Shown here: one piece after another, positions 37,152 through 47,430 of the stretch
Layout of the letters: every line of letters starts with the position of its first letter
Numbering within the stretch: the first letter of the stretch is position 1
DNA from: a virus
IMG/VR virus record: IMGVR_UViG_3300045988_121676
Coordinates: 49,569 to 113,568 of that record
Reading direction: 5' to 3' (one strand)
Length of the DNA stretch: 64,000 nucleotides
Notes under the pieces: generated by a model
Databases searched by the model: none
The model's input: the letters and a program-made list of their open reading frames with translations, nothing else
What the model was told of the DNA's origin: nothing
Program-made: the position numbers and the translations under genes

Positions 37152-37396
37152 ACTCTATCCTTTTGTTTCTCTTTAAACTTTTCATACAAACTGCTTTCAG
37201 TTTCCATTTCCGAGATCTCCACCTCTACGTCCTCTCTTTTGAAAATTACTTTCTTGGCTGTAGGATACGCACATTTAGAGATACGAATAGCATTACGAAT
37301 AGCGTAAACAAAATACGTTTCTGGTGATGATTCGATCACCACTACCTCGTTTAAAGTGTTTTTATAATTTTCCATGTTGTTATCTACTTGCTTCAA
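37118..37396 (-). CDS. hypothetical protein (92 aa)
   Basis: ORF. Confidence 0.45.
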   Translation of the reverse strand: MKQVDNNMENYKNTLNEVVVIESSPETYFVYAIRNAIRISKCAYPTAKKVIFKREDVEVEISEMETESSLYEKFKEKQKDRVWNSMCGNNGF

Positions 37397-37733
37397 TTAC
37401 ACACCCTGGATTATCTTCACATGCCTCTTTGTATTCGATAAGAAACTTAAGAAATGAATCATAAGACCCCCATCCGTTTTCTGGTTCGTATCTCAAAAGA
37501 CTCTTTCTCTTGGAGATCATAATATATATACCTTTTGTGAGTATCTTCACCATCTCCTTAGTATCTATTTCCCTGCCCAATTCTTCCGGTCTCCAAACAT
37601 AATCGTATAGTGTTTCTTTGTTTTCTGATACGAATATTTTTTGTGCCATCTTGTTCATGTTGTGGGTGATGTTTGCAACCCATTTACGATCCTCTTCTTT
37701 CTTCTTGCTCTTAATATAAACGTCCAGGCTCAT
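37380..37733 (-). CDS. hypothetical protein (117 aa)
   Basis: ORF. Confidence 0.5.
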   Translation of the reverse strand: MSLDVYIKSKKKEEDRKWVANITHNMNKMAQKIFVSENKETLYDYVWRPEELGREIDTKEMVKILTKGIYIMISKRKSLLRYEPENGWGSYDSFLKFLIEYKEACEDNPGCVIEASR

Positions 37734-38724
37734 AATATTTCTCTTTTACTTTGTTATTAATTATCAAATCTGCCACATCATCTCCGTCCCCTACATTCTC
37801 AACACTCTGAAGATAGTCCGATACTTTTATCCTTGACTTCATCATCATCCCATCTATCTTTTTACTCCATGTGTCAAATGCTTGTCCTTTGTCCGGAAAA
37901 GCTACAGTCTTTCTATCTTTTAAAACATCTATCACTTCCGGTCTTAAGTTCTGCAACCCACCGGTAGCTACAAACAACTCATCTGGTTTATTCACGGCGC
38001 ATATAATAGCCGTCTTTTCTGACTCCACCAAATTAACTACCTTATCTGGATACTGGCTTAGAAGATGTTCTCCAAACAGGCATTGTCTAAACAAGAAGTC
38101 TCTTGCATGCAACGAGTGATAAAACATGACATGAGGTCGCTCATTGTCACCGTCTTTTTCCTTCACTCTTTTTACATCAATCTCATTCCCCTGGCTGTCG
38201 GTCTTTATATAAAAATCCATAATCTTGCCGGTTCTGCATACAAAGTCCTTATCTATCTGCCAGAATATACAACACCCTTTCCATCCCCATAAGTCCATTG
38301 TTCCAACATGATACCTTCTAAATACGTCAGATACCCTTTCTTTTCCCCATAGAGACGATAAAAATCTAAATACGGTGTTTCTATCGTCTGGAACTACAGT
38401 CCTCTCAAACTCGCTAAAAGGTATGTAATTTACAACGTCAGGATTTACAGGAGGACGATAAGCTCTTATGCACTTATTTCCCGAAATCCAAAGATCTTTG
38501 TCACCTACATCCTTGCCGGTAGGTCGTTTATCATAACCGCAAGTTCGTTCATGATCGCATCTTCCAAACTCATTGCCAACGACCTGACCGGTCGCCACAT
38601 CAATATAAGGGGTAAGGCACCGGCTTTTCCCGCAAGCCGGGCAGGTTAGCTTCAGTCGGCTCCTGCCAGGCCTGCGGTCAAGTTGAAACCGAGGTACGTT
38701 TTCGTATTTTCTAAAATCAAGCAT
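37711..38724 (-). CDS. DNA primase (N-terminal zinc finger plus TOPRIM-like core)
   Basis: CPACGKSRC..CDHERTCGY zinc finger; LVESEKTAI (Glu) and VAFPDKGQA (DxD-like) TOPRIM motifs. Confidence 0.55.
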   Translation of the reverse strand: MLDFRKYENVPRFQLDRRPGRSRLKLTCPACGKSRCLTPYIDVATGQVVGNEFGRCDHERTCGYDKRPTGKDVGDKDLWISGNKCIRAYRPPVNPDVVNYIPFSEFERTVVPDDRNTVFRFLSSLWGKERVSDVFRRYHVGTMDLWGWKGCCIFWQIDKDFVCRTGKIMDFYIKTDSQGNEIDVKRVKEKDGDNERPHVMFYHSLHARDFLFRQCLFGEHLLSQYPDKVVNLVESEKTAIICAVNKPDELFVATGGLQNLRPEVIDVLKDRKTVAFPDKGQAFDTWSKKIDGMMMKSRIKVSDYLQSVENVGDGDDVADLIINNKVKEKYYEPGRLY

Positions 38725-38746
38725 CCTTAGCTCCTCTCATTGCTTT

Positions 38747-40075
38747 TTATATCATGAACCTTTTAGATATTTCCTCTGCAATATCATATACAACCGTATG
38801 ATCCTCTTCATTGTATGGTTTATTGATATTCAACACTCCTTTTCTCACTTTGAATTTCTTATCTTTTCTAAGGTGATTCAACATACCTTGTTGGAACACA
38901 CAGTCCGCCTTTTCAAGTGCTACACTGTCTTCTGTCCATTCTTTCAGCGTATATCCTTTACTGCTCGTGCTTTTTGGAGAAAAGTTCATAATACGTGCAT
39001 CAATGCCATACCATGCTTTAACCATTCTTCTTTCAGCTTCCAATTGGAATGCATATGATTCCCATATTCCTCCCGATTTAAAGTCAAGAATGACCACTTC
39101 TTCTTTTTCCACTTCTCTTACTTCCTTCTTCGGATCACCTTTTTTGAACTGTCCGGTAGCCCTTTGATACACGGCTCCAAAATAACCTTCTTCTTTGTAT
39201 TTGAATGTCATTTTAACCATCGCATCAATAGGTGTTGCTACAAGGTAATCCTCTAAAGAGAGGATTCTTTCTATCATCATCGGTTTCACCTTGTAATCAG
39301 AACAGAATTTGGCAAACTTCATGACCCTGACAATCATATCGTCAAGATCATCTATGCTATTAAAGAACCGATCAAGATTTTTCTTAGATATCTTCAGCTT
39401 GCCTTCTTGCACTGTCTTAACCACAAAGCTTCGATTTAAGACCATATCTCTACCTGTTAGGTACAATCCGTATAAGTAGTGCATGATCGTTCCCTTATCG
39501 GCTTCATACTGCGCTACCTCTTCTGGATTGCGACCAAGCATCTTTATCTCTTGCTTCCATTCCTGAAGTGCTGTCTTATCATCTACATACCCATCTTTGA
39601 TTAAAGTTGTTACCGAAGCATATATCTTAGCCGTCCCATCATCCATCTTTCTTACATAAAAACGATTATCGTCTAATGTCAATCTTACGAATTTGGGGGT
39701 CTCAATCTTCTTTAACTCATCACAGATATAAAACGGCTCTAATGTTTCCTGATTTTCTGTAAACGGATTCGAATCTTCTTCTCCAGGGTTAGGAGCGGCT
39801 TCCTCCGCCTGAGCTTCCGGTTCCTCCTTCTGGGCCTGCTCTGTCTCAGGCGCCGGCTCTTCAACTACTGGAACCTGTTCGCCTCTTTCTGCTATGTCTT
39901 TGTTTTTTATTAAAGACATAACCTCCTTCTTCAACTGCTCTGGTGTTTGGTTAGGATCTGACACCGACATCACAACATCGTTCATTCTAAACAACGTATT
40001 TCCCTCTCCTTTCACCATAGGTACAAACCCTAAATCTATTAATATTTTAATCTTTTCTTCTATCATACCTATCAA
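38747..40075 (-). CDS. PD-(D/E)xK (RecB-family) nuclease with acidic low-complexity N-terminal linker
   Basis: VILDFKSG and AFQLEAERRM (QxxxY-like) motifs. Confidence 0.45.
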   Translation of the reverse strand: MIGMIEEKIKILIDLGFVPMVKGEGNTLFRMNDVVMSVSDPNQTPEQLKKEVMSLIKNKDIAERGEQVPVVEEPAPETEQAQKEEPEAQAEEAAPNPGEEDSNPFTENQETLEPFYICDELKKIETPKFVRLTLDDNRFYVRKMDDGTAKIYASVTTLIKDGYVDDKTALQEWKQEIKMLGRNPEEVAQYEADKGTIMHYLYGLYLTGRDMVLNRSFVVKTVQEGKLKISKKNLDRFFNSIDDLDDMIVRVMKFAKFCSDYKVKPMMIERILSLEDYLVATPIDAMVKMTFKYKEEGYFGAVYQRATGQFKKGDPKKEVREVEKEEVVILDFKSGGIWESYAFQLEAERRMVKAWYGIDARIMNFSPKSTSSKGYTLKEWTEDSVALEKADCVFQQGMLNHLRKDKKFKVRKGVLNINKPYNEEDHTVVYDIAEEISKRFMI

Positions 40076-40565
40076 TTATTTCAATAATCAACCTACCTCT
40101 TTCCTTGATCATTCCTCTGCTTTCCATATCCAGTACCTTCTTTACCGCATACTTCCACACAAAAGGAAATTCTGTTTCAAGTTTATCAAATTCCATCCGG
40201 TCAAGATACATGTCGAATACCGTATGCTCCGATTCATGAAGGAAAACTATATTATCCCTGCAAGTAGCAACCGACTTATATATCCTTTTCGGAAGTATGT
40301 GACAGACGTTACATACTGTAGGAAAATGAATAGCCTTACCGGTCATAGACATCCGACTATTATTTAACTCTTCCAGCATAAGACGAAAAAACCCGGATAA
40401 ATCCGGGTTCTCTAACTTTTTCTTCTTGCTGCTGTTTTTAATGGATGTAATTCTGTCTTTTTTCTTCGGAGTCAACTCTTTACTCCTGCAAGCCTGGCAT
40501 AAGCCATGACTTCTTATCATCACTTTTCGTCCGCATCTTTCGCAGACGTACAATTTCTTTTCCAC
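40047..40565 (-). CDS. zinc-ribbon protein (172 aa)
   Basis: CERCG...CQAC near the N-terminus. Confidence 0.5.
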   Translation of the reverse strand: MEKKLYVCERCGRKVMIRSHGLCQACRSKELTPKKKDRITSIKNSSKKKKLENPDLSGFFRLMLEELNNSRMSMTGKAIHFPTVCNVCHILPKRIYKSVATCRDNIVFLHESEHTVFDMYLDRMEFDKLETEFPFVWKYAVKKVLDMESRGMIKERGRLIIEIIDRYDRRKD

Positions 40566-40750
40566 TCTCTATATTTCAATACAAGTGATATAATTGAAAA
40601 GGATACTGCCGTTAAAGATAACGTATATGGTAAGTTCATTAACCATCTCGGTACCTCTTCTGTCTTAATCACTATCAGCAAAATAGCACCTGCTACTACC
40701 AATAATACAATTGCCGTCGCAAGTGCTACACGGGAAACAACATCACTCAT
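40520..40750 (-). CDS. small membrane protein (76 aa, two TM helices)
   Basis: hydrophobic ORF. Confidence 0.4.
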   Translation of the reverse strand: MSDVVSRVALATAIVLLVVAGAILLIVIKTEEVPRWLMNLPYTLSLTAVSFSIISLVLKYREWKRNCTSAKDADEK

Positions 40751-41213
40751 CAGTTTTCTTTTCTCCCAATTTTTCTACGCCTTTTTGCAGATCGTATTTA
40801 AACACTTCAATGATTTTCGTTTCTGCAATAGACTCACAATTCCAGTCTCCTAACGTGCCCTGCATACCTTTAGTCAACACAGCCTCAGCGTCTTTCGGAT
40901 TGCCGGCCTGGACATACATATAGCATGGCGTTTTCTTTTCTTTACCTTTCTTTTCATTCAGTGTAATGTAATTCACCTTACACTTATACCAGTACTCAGC
41001 TTCTCCGTTGAAGAAGATTTCCGACACTTTAATAGGATTAATTTTTACAACCTCGAAAGATTTGTACAAATCCTTGAAGATTTCCAACGATCTTGATTCT
41101 GCCTCTGTATAAGACAAGGCATCCACTAAATACTTTTCAGTTACTTTCTTTTTTTTGCCGTTCTCGATATTATCAATCTCGGCTTTTACCGTAATTTCAA
41201 ACCAGCGATTCAT
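40743..41213 (-). CDS. hypothetical protein (156 aa)
   Basis: ORF. Confidence 0.5.
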   Translation of the reverse strand: MNRWFEITVKAEIDNIENGKKKKVTEKYLVDALSYTEAESRSLEIFKDLYKSFEVVKINPIKVSEIFFNGEAEYWYKCKVNYITLNEKKGKEKKTPCYMYVQAGNPKDAEAVLTKGMQGTLGDWNCESIAETKIIEVFKYDLQKGVEKLGEKKTDE

Positions 41214-41224
41214 TGTATTAATAT

Positions 41225-41533
41225 TTAATTAGTTGATTTCTTTCCTTTCTCTATACTGTTTTTAAATCTTTCAGAACACCACTGCAAAACGTCCATCATC
41301 ATCATCTCATTATTAGATAAGATACCTTTTATAACTAACGCCAATTGATGCTGTGACATTCGTTGGCTCATATCAAATCTTCTTTCCTCTTCATTTACTA
41401 TCGTAGCCACGAAATACTTACACCCCTCTAAGTGCGTCAGGGCTTCAATCATAGCTTCTTTTATCTCTTTTTCTTCCATTATGTTTGTTTTTTTTGGACA
41501 AAGATATGTCTTTCGATAATAAAAAAGATTCAA
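41225..41533 (-). CDS. hypothetical protein (102 aa)
   Basis: ORF. Confidence 0.45.
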   Translation of the reverse strand: MNLFYYRKTYLCPKKTNIMEEKEIKEAMIEALTHLEGCKYFVATIVNEEERRFDMSQRMSQHQLALVIKGILSNNEMMMMDVLQWCSERFKNSIEKGKKSTN

Positions 41534-41559
41534 AATGATTTAATTTAGCTTAATTGCTG

Positions 41560-42198
41560 CTATTTTAATTCGTCAGGTATAGGAACTGGTATAAACATGT
41601 CGAACTTTTTTCTGATAAACACCTCTGTTTCTTCATTGAATGGATAGGCCTCCTTGATAAAATTCATAGCCACCTCCATGTCGCCATCTGCTATATCCTT
41701 ATACCTCTCAAAGATGCCAACCATGTCATTGTTATATGAACGCTCTTGTTTTATATTGTACACGTATTTCAATACCCTATCTTTGATTTCATTGGCTTTT
41801 TTCACGGTGTCATTGAAGGTATTTATACCTGTCAATTCAGGGTTTTTATTTTTCTCATCTATCTTATCAAACTCTTCCTCGCTATATCCTGTTTCTCCTT
41901 TAACAGCCGGGCAAACACTCTCCTTCATGATCCAAAACTGTTCATACGATCCTGCCAGATATCTCGATTCTGTTTTAAATGCATTATACTTGACAAGCAA
42001 ATTAGCCACCTCAGTTGCACCTTCTATGGTTCTAAAACCGATGCCGATATCTTTTAACATAAATACCGGAACTCCAGTTCTTGGATACACGACTTCTTTT
42101 TTGTTCTTTATATTCCAGTTTTTAGCTTCAATTGGAATACCTTTATTAGCAAGCTCTTTGTCTATATACAGACTTATGTCTTCGTCTGTCAATGCCAC
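41560..42198 (-). CDS. hypothetical protein (212 aa)
   Basis: ORF. Confidence 0.55.
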   Translation of the reverse strand: MALTDEDISLYIDKELANKGIPIEAKNWNIKNKKEVVYPRTGVPVFMLKDIGIGFRTIEGATEVANLLVKYNAFKTESRYLAGSYEQFWIMKESVCPAVKGETGYSEEEFDKIDEKNKNPELTGINTFNDTVKKANEIKDRVLKYVYNIKQERSYNNDMVGIFERYKDIADGDMEVAMNFIKEAYPFNEETEVFIRKKFDMFIPVPIPDELK

Positions 42199-42232
42199 AA
42201 TCTCATCTCTGCTTAAATCAAAAAAACTGTTT

Positions 42233-42436
42233 TCATTTCTTTTTATTTATTAAATTAAACAATCTACCTCTTTGTTCAGGCTCCGTATATTCTACCCATA
42301 TATCGGCTGCCACATTTCTAAGAAATTCCATAAAGTCTTGATGATCCCTGTATTCAGCAGAATCAACTTTTCTCACAAAACTTAGAATTTCCTTTAACAT
42401 CTTATTGTTTTCTTCAAGAAGTTCTCTGTCGGTCAT
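42233..42436 (-). CDS. hypothetical protein (67 aa)
   Basis: ORF. Confidence 0.4.
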   Translation of the reverse strand: MTDRELLEENNKMLKEILSFVRKVDSAEYRDHQDFMEFLRNVAADIWVEYTEPEQRGRLFNLINKKK

Positions 42437-42442
42437 AACCTT

Positions 42443-42691
42443 TCAAATTTTCTTCTTATGGTGTTGATTCTTTACCGCTCTGGCTACCTCCGACAACTCC
42501 ACGTCCCTTTCCATTGTTACCCGAAAATCTTCTTCTGTTAAAGAAAAAGACATAGTTAATGTAGGAGTATCCTTAAAATACCAATCACATAATTCTTTTA
42601 ACTCTTTACGTTCATCCTCGTTTTTACATTTATGAATGGTAAGGTAATTCATTCTTTCCTCTTTTTCTTTGTCTGTTAAATCTTTTTTCAT
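42443..42691 (-). CDS. hypothetical protein (82 aa)
   Basis: ORF. Confidence 0.45.
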   Translation of the reverse strand: MKKDLTDKEKEERMNYLTIHKCKNEDERKELKELCDWYFKDTPTLTMSFSLTEEDFRVTMERDVELSEVARAVKNQHHKKKI

Positions 42692-42724
42692 AATTCTAAC
42701 TTTTAAAATTGAGTATATAATTAC

Positions 42725-43039
42725 CTAAGGTAATAGATCATCCAAATAAGCCCATGATTCCATTTCATCTAATCTGCATAAAATACATCCTGGACGGCTG
42801 GATATAAAAGTTCTGTTCTCTTCCAATATACCCATAATTGGATTCTTTGATCCTATTGTTGATTTCTTAGGGAGAAACACAATAAAACGGTGGCAATTTG
42901 GAATTACTGTTATAGAATGCCACACAGAGTTGATGCGCCACTCCGCACCAGCTTTAAAAAGAGGAACAGCAAATTCATGAAGTTCTTGCGTAACTTTCTC
43001 ACGTTCAATTCTTGACGCCACTTCTATATCTTGTTTCAT
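42725..43039 (-). CDS. hypothetical protein (104 aa)
   Basis: ORF. Confidence 0.45.
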   Translation of the reverse strand: MKQDIEVASRIEREKVTQELHEFAVPLFKAGAEWRINSVWHSITVIPNCHRFIVFLPKKSTIGSKNPIMGILEENRTFISSRPGCILCRLDEMESWAYLDDLLP

Positions 43040-43192
43040 ATCTTTTTAAAGTTTATCTATTATTTTATCACCCATTTCCTGCCATTCATCACTCACGCTT
43101 ATAACCAATCCTATGACAGTGAATGATAATAACAACGTAAAAATAAGCCATAACAGAAAGCAGATAAAAACACATACATACCTCATGATTTT

Positions 43193-43939
43193 TTAGTTGT
43201 TAGATAAAAGCAAAATCGGTTCATTTGACTCCGCAATTGCTTTTATTTGTTCTGGATTGATAAAACTCTTAACTTGTTCGCTTATATTACAAATGGACTT
43301 GATCATATCAACGAATAATTTCGAGGTACATTCGTTACACTCCACTTCCATTACCTGTTTATGTCTATTGTATGATATGCTCGTTACACAATTCAGCCAG
43401 TGCGCATAAGTTCCTTTTTCTGTATTTAACCTGCCGTATTCTACTTTTGTCTCTCCATTTCCATATTCAATTACTCTTTTTAGAAATGGTTTTGCATAAA
43501 CACTAAAACCGAAAGGTTGGGTGTTTAAGGCATCTAAACGGGAAGTTCCATCTCTCCATTTTCCATTTTCATCGCCTCCTGTCCATTCCTTAGAGGGGTT
43601 AGGGACAATATTTCCGTTTTTGTCATAGGAAAACACGCAATTCGTTTCCAGTTGATACTTAATAACAGGCACTTCTTCTACTATTTTATAACTCAAACAT
43701 CTCTTCAGAACTTCCCTGATTTGACTTTCCAAATCAGAAAGTGCTATACTATTGAAATATCCTTCGTTGCCTAATCTGTTTGTAGGTAATTTGATCCCAT
43801 AAGAATGAATCTTGTCCACATCTTCTTTTGACAAGGTAGTGGTAAACACTCCTTCTTTGGTGACATTCACTTTAGCAGTTACAGACAAACTGTTATTAGC
43901 GTTCTTTTCCGTTATATTTAGTGTTGTTAATGCTGCCAT
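43193..43939 (-). CDS. hypothetical protein (248 aa)
   Basis: ORF. Confidence 0.55.
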   Translation of the reverse strand: MAALTTLNITEKNANNSLSVTAKVNVTKEGVFTTTLSKEDVDKIHSYGIKLPTNRLGNEGYFNSIALSDLESQIREVLKRCLSYKIVEEVPVIKYQLETNCVFSYDKNGNIVPNPSKEWTGGDENGKWRDGTSRLDALNTQPFGFSVYAKPFLKRVIEYGNGETKVEYGRLNTEKGTYAHWLNCVTSISYNRHKQVMEVECNECTSKLFVDMIKSICNISEQVKSFINPEQIKAIAESNEPILLLSNN

Positions 43940-43957
43940 AATCAGATCTTTTTAAAA

Positions 43958-44209
43958 TCAATTCGAATAAATATAATACATTCCTGCTTCATATACCTTA
44001 TATACATCAGGGTCATTCTTGTCTTCCGGTTCCAATTCACTCTCTTCACAAGTATAATCCCATTCAGAGTTGTAGTACATATCCTCGTCTGTTTTCTCCA
44101 AGGAACAATCTTTCATTAGATTCATATTTTCTCCCCATACTGCAACTTCTTGTCGTTGCTCTTCTTCCGTCATAAGGGATATTTTGTCTTTCAATTCTTT
44201 CCAGGTCAT
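43958..44209 (-). CDS. hypothetical acidic protein (83 aa)
   Basis: ORF. Confidence 0.45.
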   Translation of the reverse strand: MTWKELKDKISLMTEEEQRQEVAVWGENMNLMKDCSLEKTDEDMYYNSEWDYTCEESELEPEDKNDPDVYKVYEAGMYYIYSN

Positions 44210-44233
44210 GATTTTTAAAAGTTGATTAATAGT

Positions 44234-44617
44234 TTATTCTACATCAAAAAGCTGATCTAACACCAACAATTCCGCATTCATATCTTCATCTTTCGGGAAA
44301 CGAACTTTTATATTTCCAAACTTAGATGTCTTAAACAAGATGTAGGGGTTCATGTCTTCGGCAGTCACCGGCTTATACTCCTTAACTTCCGACATCTTGA
44401 GATACCAGTCACCTATTTTTACAAACCCCGAAAAGATAGAACACAGATGCGCTTTCACGGACAGTATTTCCCTTTTATCTTTAAGGGGTATAATTTCCTC
44501 CTTCCCTCTTATCCTGATTGACAGGAAAGGACGAATGTTGTCTGTTTCATTTTGGAATCTGAAGCCTGTTATGGCTTGCTTGGGGATTCTTCTTCCCATT
44601 AATATAAAATAGCTCAT
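44234..44617 (-). CDS. hypothetical protein (127 aa)
   Basis: ORF. Confidence 0.5.
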   Translation of the reverse strand: MSYFILMGRRIPKQAITGFRFQNETDNIRPFLSIRIRGKEEIIPLKDKREILSVKAHLCSIFSGFVKIGDWYLKMSEVKEYKPVTAEDMNPYILFKTSKFGNIKVRFPKDEDMNAELLVLDQLFDVE

Positions 44618-44619
44618 TG

Positions 44620-44961
44620 TTATAAGTGATTTTGTTTTATATCAGGTAAGTAATTTGTAATAACATCAAGTGATATCCATAACTCTGGCTCTATGCTGTT
44701 TTTTATTCTATCACTAAAAAGCGAATTATCATCACAATCACAATGAGAGATTGTGATATAACAATCTTGATAATCCCACCAATGAGCCGATTTAAAATCG
44801 TCCCCTCCATTCCAGAATCCTATTCTTATACCTCTTGGGTTGAAATCTTCATCTATCCAACTTGGATGATAAGCCAACACTTCTTCTCCCTCTGGAGGTT
44901 TTTCCTCTTTGTATTTCTTCCAGTTCATATTACTTTTAATTAGTTGGACACAAATGTACAA
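44620..44961 (-). CDS. hypothetical Trp/Cys-rich protein (113 aa)
   Basis: ORF. Confidence 0.5.
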   Translation of the reverse strand: MYICVQLIKSNMNWKKYKEEKPPEGEEVLAYHPSWIDEDFNPRGIRIGFWNGGDDFKSAHWWDYQDCYITISHCDCDDNSLFSDRIKNSIEPELWISLDVITNYLPDIKQNHL

Positions 44962-45740
44962 GTTTTATTAAGATACCCTTCTATCATCTCTATGAAATTC
45001 ACACAATCTAATTTGCTTAACTTGTAAATCAATGCCGGATTGTGTACTATGGCTATAATTTGTGTTTGTGGTTTATGGAATGACAATACATTATAAATTT
45101 GCATTATGTTGTCAATGTCAAGATTCCTGTCTGGCTCATCCATGAGAACCGTGTATTCAAAACTGCTTTCTGTTAATGTTATGCGGTTTCTTTCATAATA
45201 CTTCAACAGGTTATCAATTCTTTTAATCCAAAACGCATTTGATTTTTTCTTGTATTCTACAAGATCTTGTATTGGAAATGTATAATCCTTTTGACCGAAC
45301 ATTAAATTGAAAAGTGATTCCAATGACAACACCACTTTCTCTCCATAAGATCTTCGAATATTATTCACATACAAATCTAAGTTGCTGATGTTTTTCAATA
45401 CGCTATCTCGATTCATCTCCGCCGATGGCAATAAACGGAATACTTTCCCTGCATAATCGGATGATATGTCAATCCCATCAAGAACCTTGTCATCATCATC
45501 ATCAAATATAGGTGGAAAATCCAGTGCCTCGATCGGTATTTCAGAACACATGGATTTCTCACATAACGCATACATTGATATGATGTTAAGCAAGGTTGAT
45601 TTTCCACTACCGTTTTTACCTATAATTACATTCACTCCTGGCTTGAAAATAAATTCTCTGCCATTTTCAAATGCTTCTATATTAGAAACGTATTCAAATG
45701 GAGTTTTTGTATTGTCTTTTATTTTTACCGATGTTATCAT
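44940..45740 (-). CDS. ABC-type/AAA_21-like P-loop ATPase (266 aa)
   Basis: Walker A GKNGSGKSTLLN, Walker B VLMDEPDRNLD, D-loop/H-loop IAIVHNP. Confidence 0.7.
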   Translation of the reverse strand: MITSVKIKDNTKTPFEYVSNIEAFENGREFIFKPGVNVIIGKNGSGKSTLLNIISMYALCEKSMCSEIPIEALDFPPIFDDDDDKVLDGIDISSDYAGKVFRLLPSAEMNRDSVLKNISNLDLYVNNIRRSYGEKVVLSLESLFNLMFGQKDYTFPIQDLVEYKKKSNAFWIKRIDNLLKYYERNRITLTESSFEYTVLMDEPDRNLDIDNIMQIYNVLSFHKPQTQIIAIVHNPALIYKLSKLDCVNFIEMIEGYLNKTCTFVSN

Positions 45741-45752
45741 ATGTAATCCTTT

Positions 45753-46592
45753 TTAAAAATCAATTACCGCCCGAACCCTGTAACTATTGTACTCAATGTT
45801 GCTGTGCGTGCCGCCAATGGAGAAGCTCACGAACCATGCGCTGACCTTGCTGTACTCGGTACTGGACCAATACCGCGCCGAGGAGAGGGGAGATGCCGAA
45901 ACATAAGCGAATGCTTTGTTTAGTTCGTCCATATGATGGACCATTAAATTTAATTGACCAAGAGATGGTATATACTCGTCATCTTCCAGCAGATTTCTCA
46001 ATTTTGGATTTCTGGCTACAAGGCGTTCCGTATTGCCGCGTCCGTCAATATCAAACAGCGCATCACATTCACGTTTGTAATATGTCTCACTTCCGGATTC
46101 TTTACGGCTATCATTGTCAAGCAACCGTACACTATCATGCTCCTCCAGCGAGATAGCAAACGATACGTCTTTGTGTTTTAATCCGATATAACGCACATTC
46201 TCTTTAATATTCTCTCCAGTAAACGGCTCAGCGTGTCCGTTTCCGTAGATTAGATACAAACCATCTTTTCTTGATGGTACTCTATTTTCACATACACATC
46301 TTTCATTTTTGGGACTTACAATTATGTTCAACTTATTCAACACATGATCTTTTATAACCTCCTTACATATTTTACCTACAAAACCATAGTCTTCTTTTTG
46401 TTTAAGTTCGTCATTCACCATACATCTAATCCAATACTCTATCTTATTGTTTCCTCCGTATGTATTAAGCATACACTGTTTTACGAGTTTTTCCAATAAT
46501 GGCTCTATGTTTTTGATTATATCTTCTTTGGTAAGGTGAAGTTCATTTAATATGCAGTTCCTTACCGCCTTGTATTCTTTACTTGCGCTCAT
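45753..46592 (-). CDS. protein with C-terminal DUF1566 (Lcl C-terminal) domain
   Basis: SARYWSSTEYSKVSAWFVSFSIGGTHSN..YRVRAV matches the DUF1566 YWSST..AW.V.F..G pattern. Confidence 0.5.
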   Translation of the reverse strand: MSASKEYKAVRNCILNELHLTKEDIIKNIEPLLEKLVKQCMLNTYGGNNKIEYWIRCMVNDELKQKEDYGFVGKICKEVIKDHVLNKLNIIVSPKNERCVCENRVPSRKDGLYLIYGNGHAEPFTGENIKENVRYIGLKHKDVSFAISLEEHDSVRLLDNDSRKESGSETYYKRECDALFDIDGRGNTERLVARNPKLRNLLEDDEYIPSLGQLNLMVHHMDELNKAFAYVSASPLSSARYWSSTEYSKVSAWFVSFSIGGTHSNIEYNSYRVRAVIDF

Positions 46593-46749
46593 AATATATC
46601 TACTTAATACTGTGAATTATATTTTTTTTTCTCTCTCTCACTATCTTCCCCTATAGGATTATTCCATCCGTATTTTACAGCCGTAGCTTTAAATAGAGGA
46701 AGTCTATAAAATCTATAATCATTCTCAAGATGAGCATATACTGTTGATT

Positions 46750-47412
46750 TCATTTCAGTTCTTTAATTAAAGCATCCGCATATATTACAGCTAATTCAGC
46801 CGCCTTATCACACGTTTCCAATATTAATTCACCGTGAGGTCCACGTCCTGATACGGATGTGATCGGAAGTATGGTTTTTGCTATCTCGTATCTACGTTGT
46901 TCCCAATCTACATGGGTGTTACACGGTTCTTGATTGACCTGTATATATCTTTCTTCAATATTAGAAGATCTTAATGTTTCCGCATTCTCTTCGCCGAATG
47001 CAACCAGAATAGACCCACATCCTGGACTTTCACCTATTGTTCCATCTTCTCTGTGAAATTTTATCCTTCCTTTCATGAACAATATACCTTTTGCTTTCGG
47101 GAATACAACATTCTGAAACATCTTATTGTCAAGACGATTAAAAAGAAGAGCTATTCCATTATTGTGCTCTACCATACGAGTAATAAAATGCTCTATAGTC
47201 GGTCTTGAATAAGGTGGGTTTAACCATACCCTTCCTTCCCATTTTTGTTTTAATCCATCTTGCTCTTTGTTATACATAACCCTGGCTGTCCTCCATAACG
47301 GACGCATAGGCGCACATGGATCTAAATCAAATTCCCCTAAAGCGTCTATAATTTCTTTAGGTGTGTACCATTCATCTGTACTGTTTTTAGATTTCTCAAA
47401 TGATGTATTCAT
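46750..47412 (-). CDS. dam: phage-type Dam DNA N6-adenine methyltransferase
   Basis: DEWYTP near the N-terminus and NPPY catalytic motif. Confidence 0.75.
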   Translation of the reverse strand: MNTSFEKSKNSTDEWYTPKEIIDALGEFDLDPCAPMRPLWRTARVMYNKEQDGLKQKWEGRVWLNPPYSRPTIEHFITRMVEHNNGIALLFNRLDNKMFQNVVFPKAKGILFMKGRIKFHREDGTIGESPGCGSILVAFGEENAETLRSSNIEERYIQVNQEPCNTHVDWEQRRYEIAKTILPITSVSGRGPHGELILETCDKAAELAVIYADALIKELK

Positions 47413-47430
47413 ATATCTATGTTTTATAAG

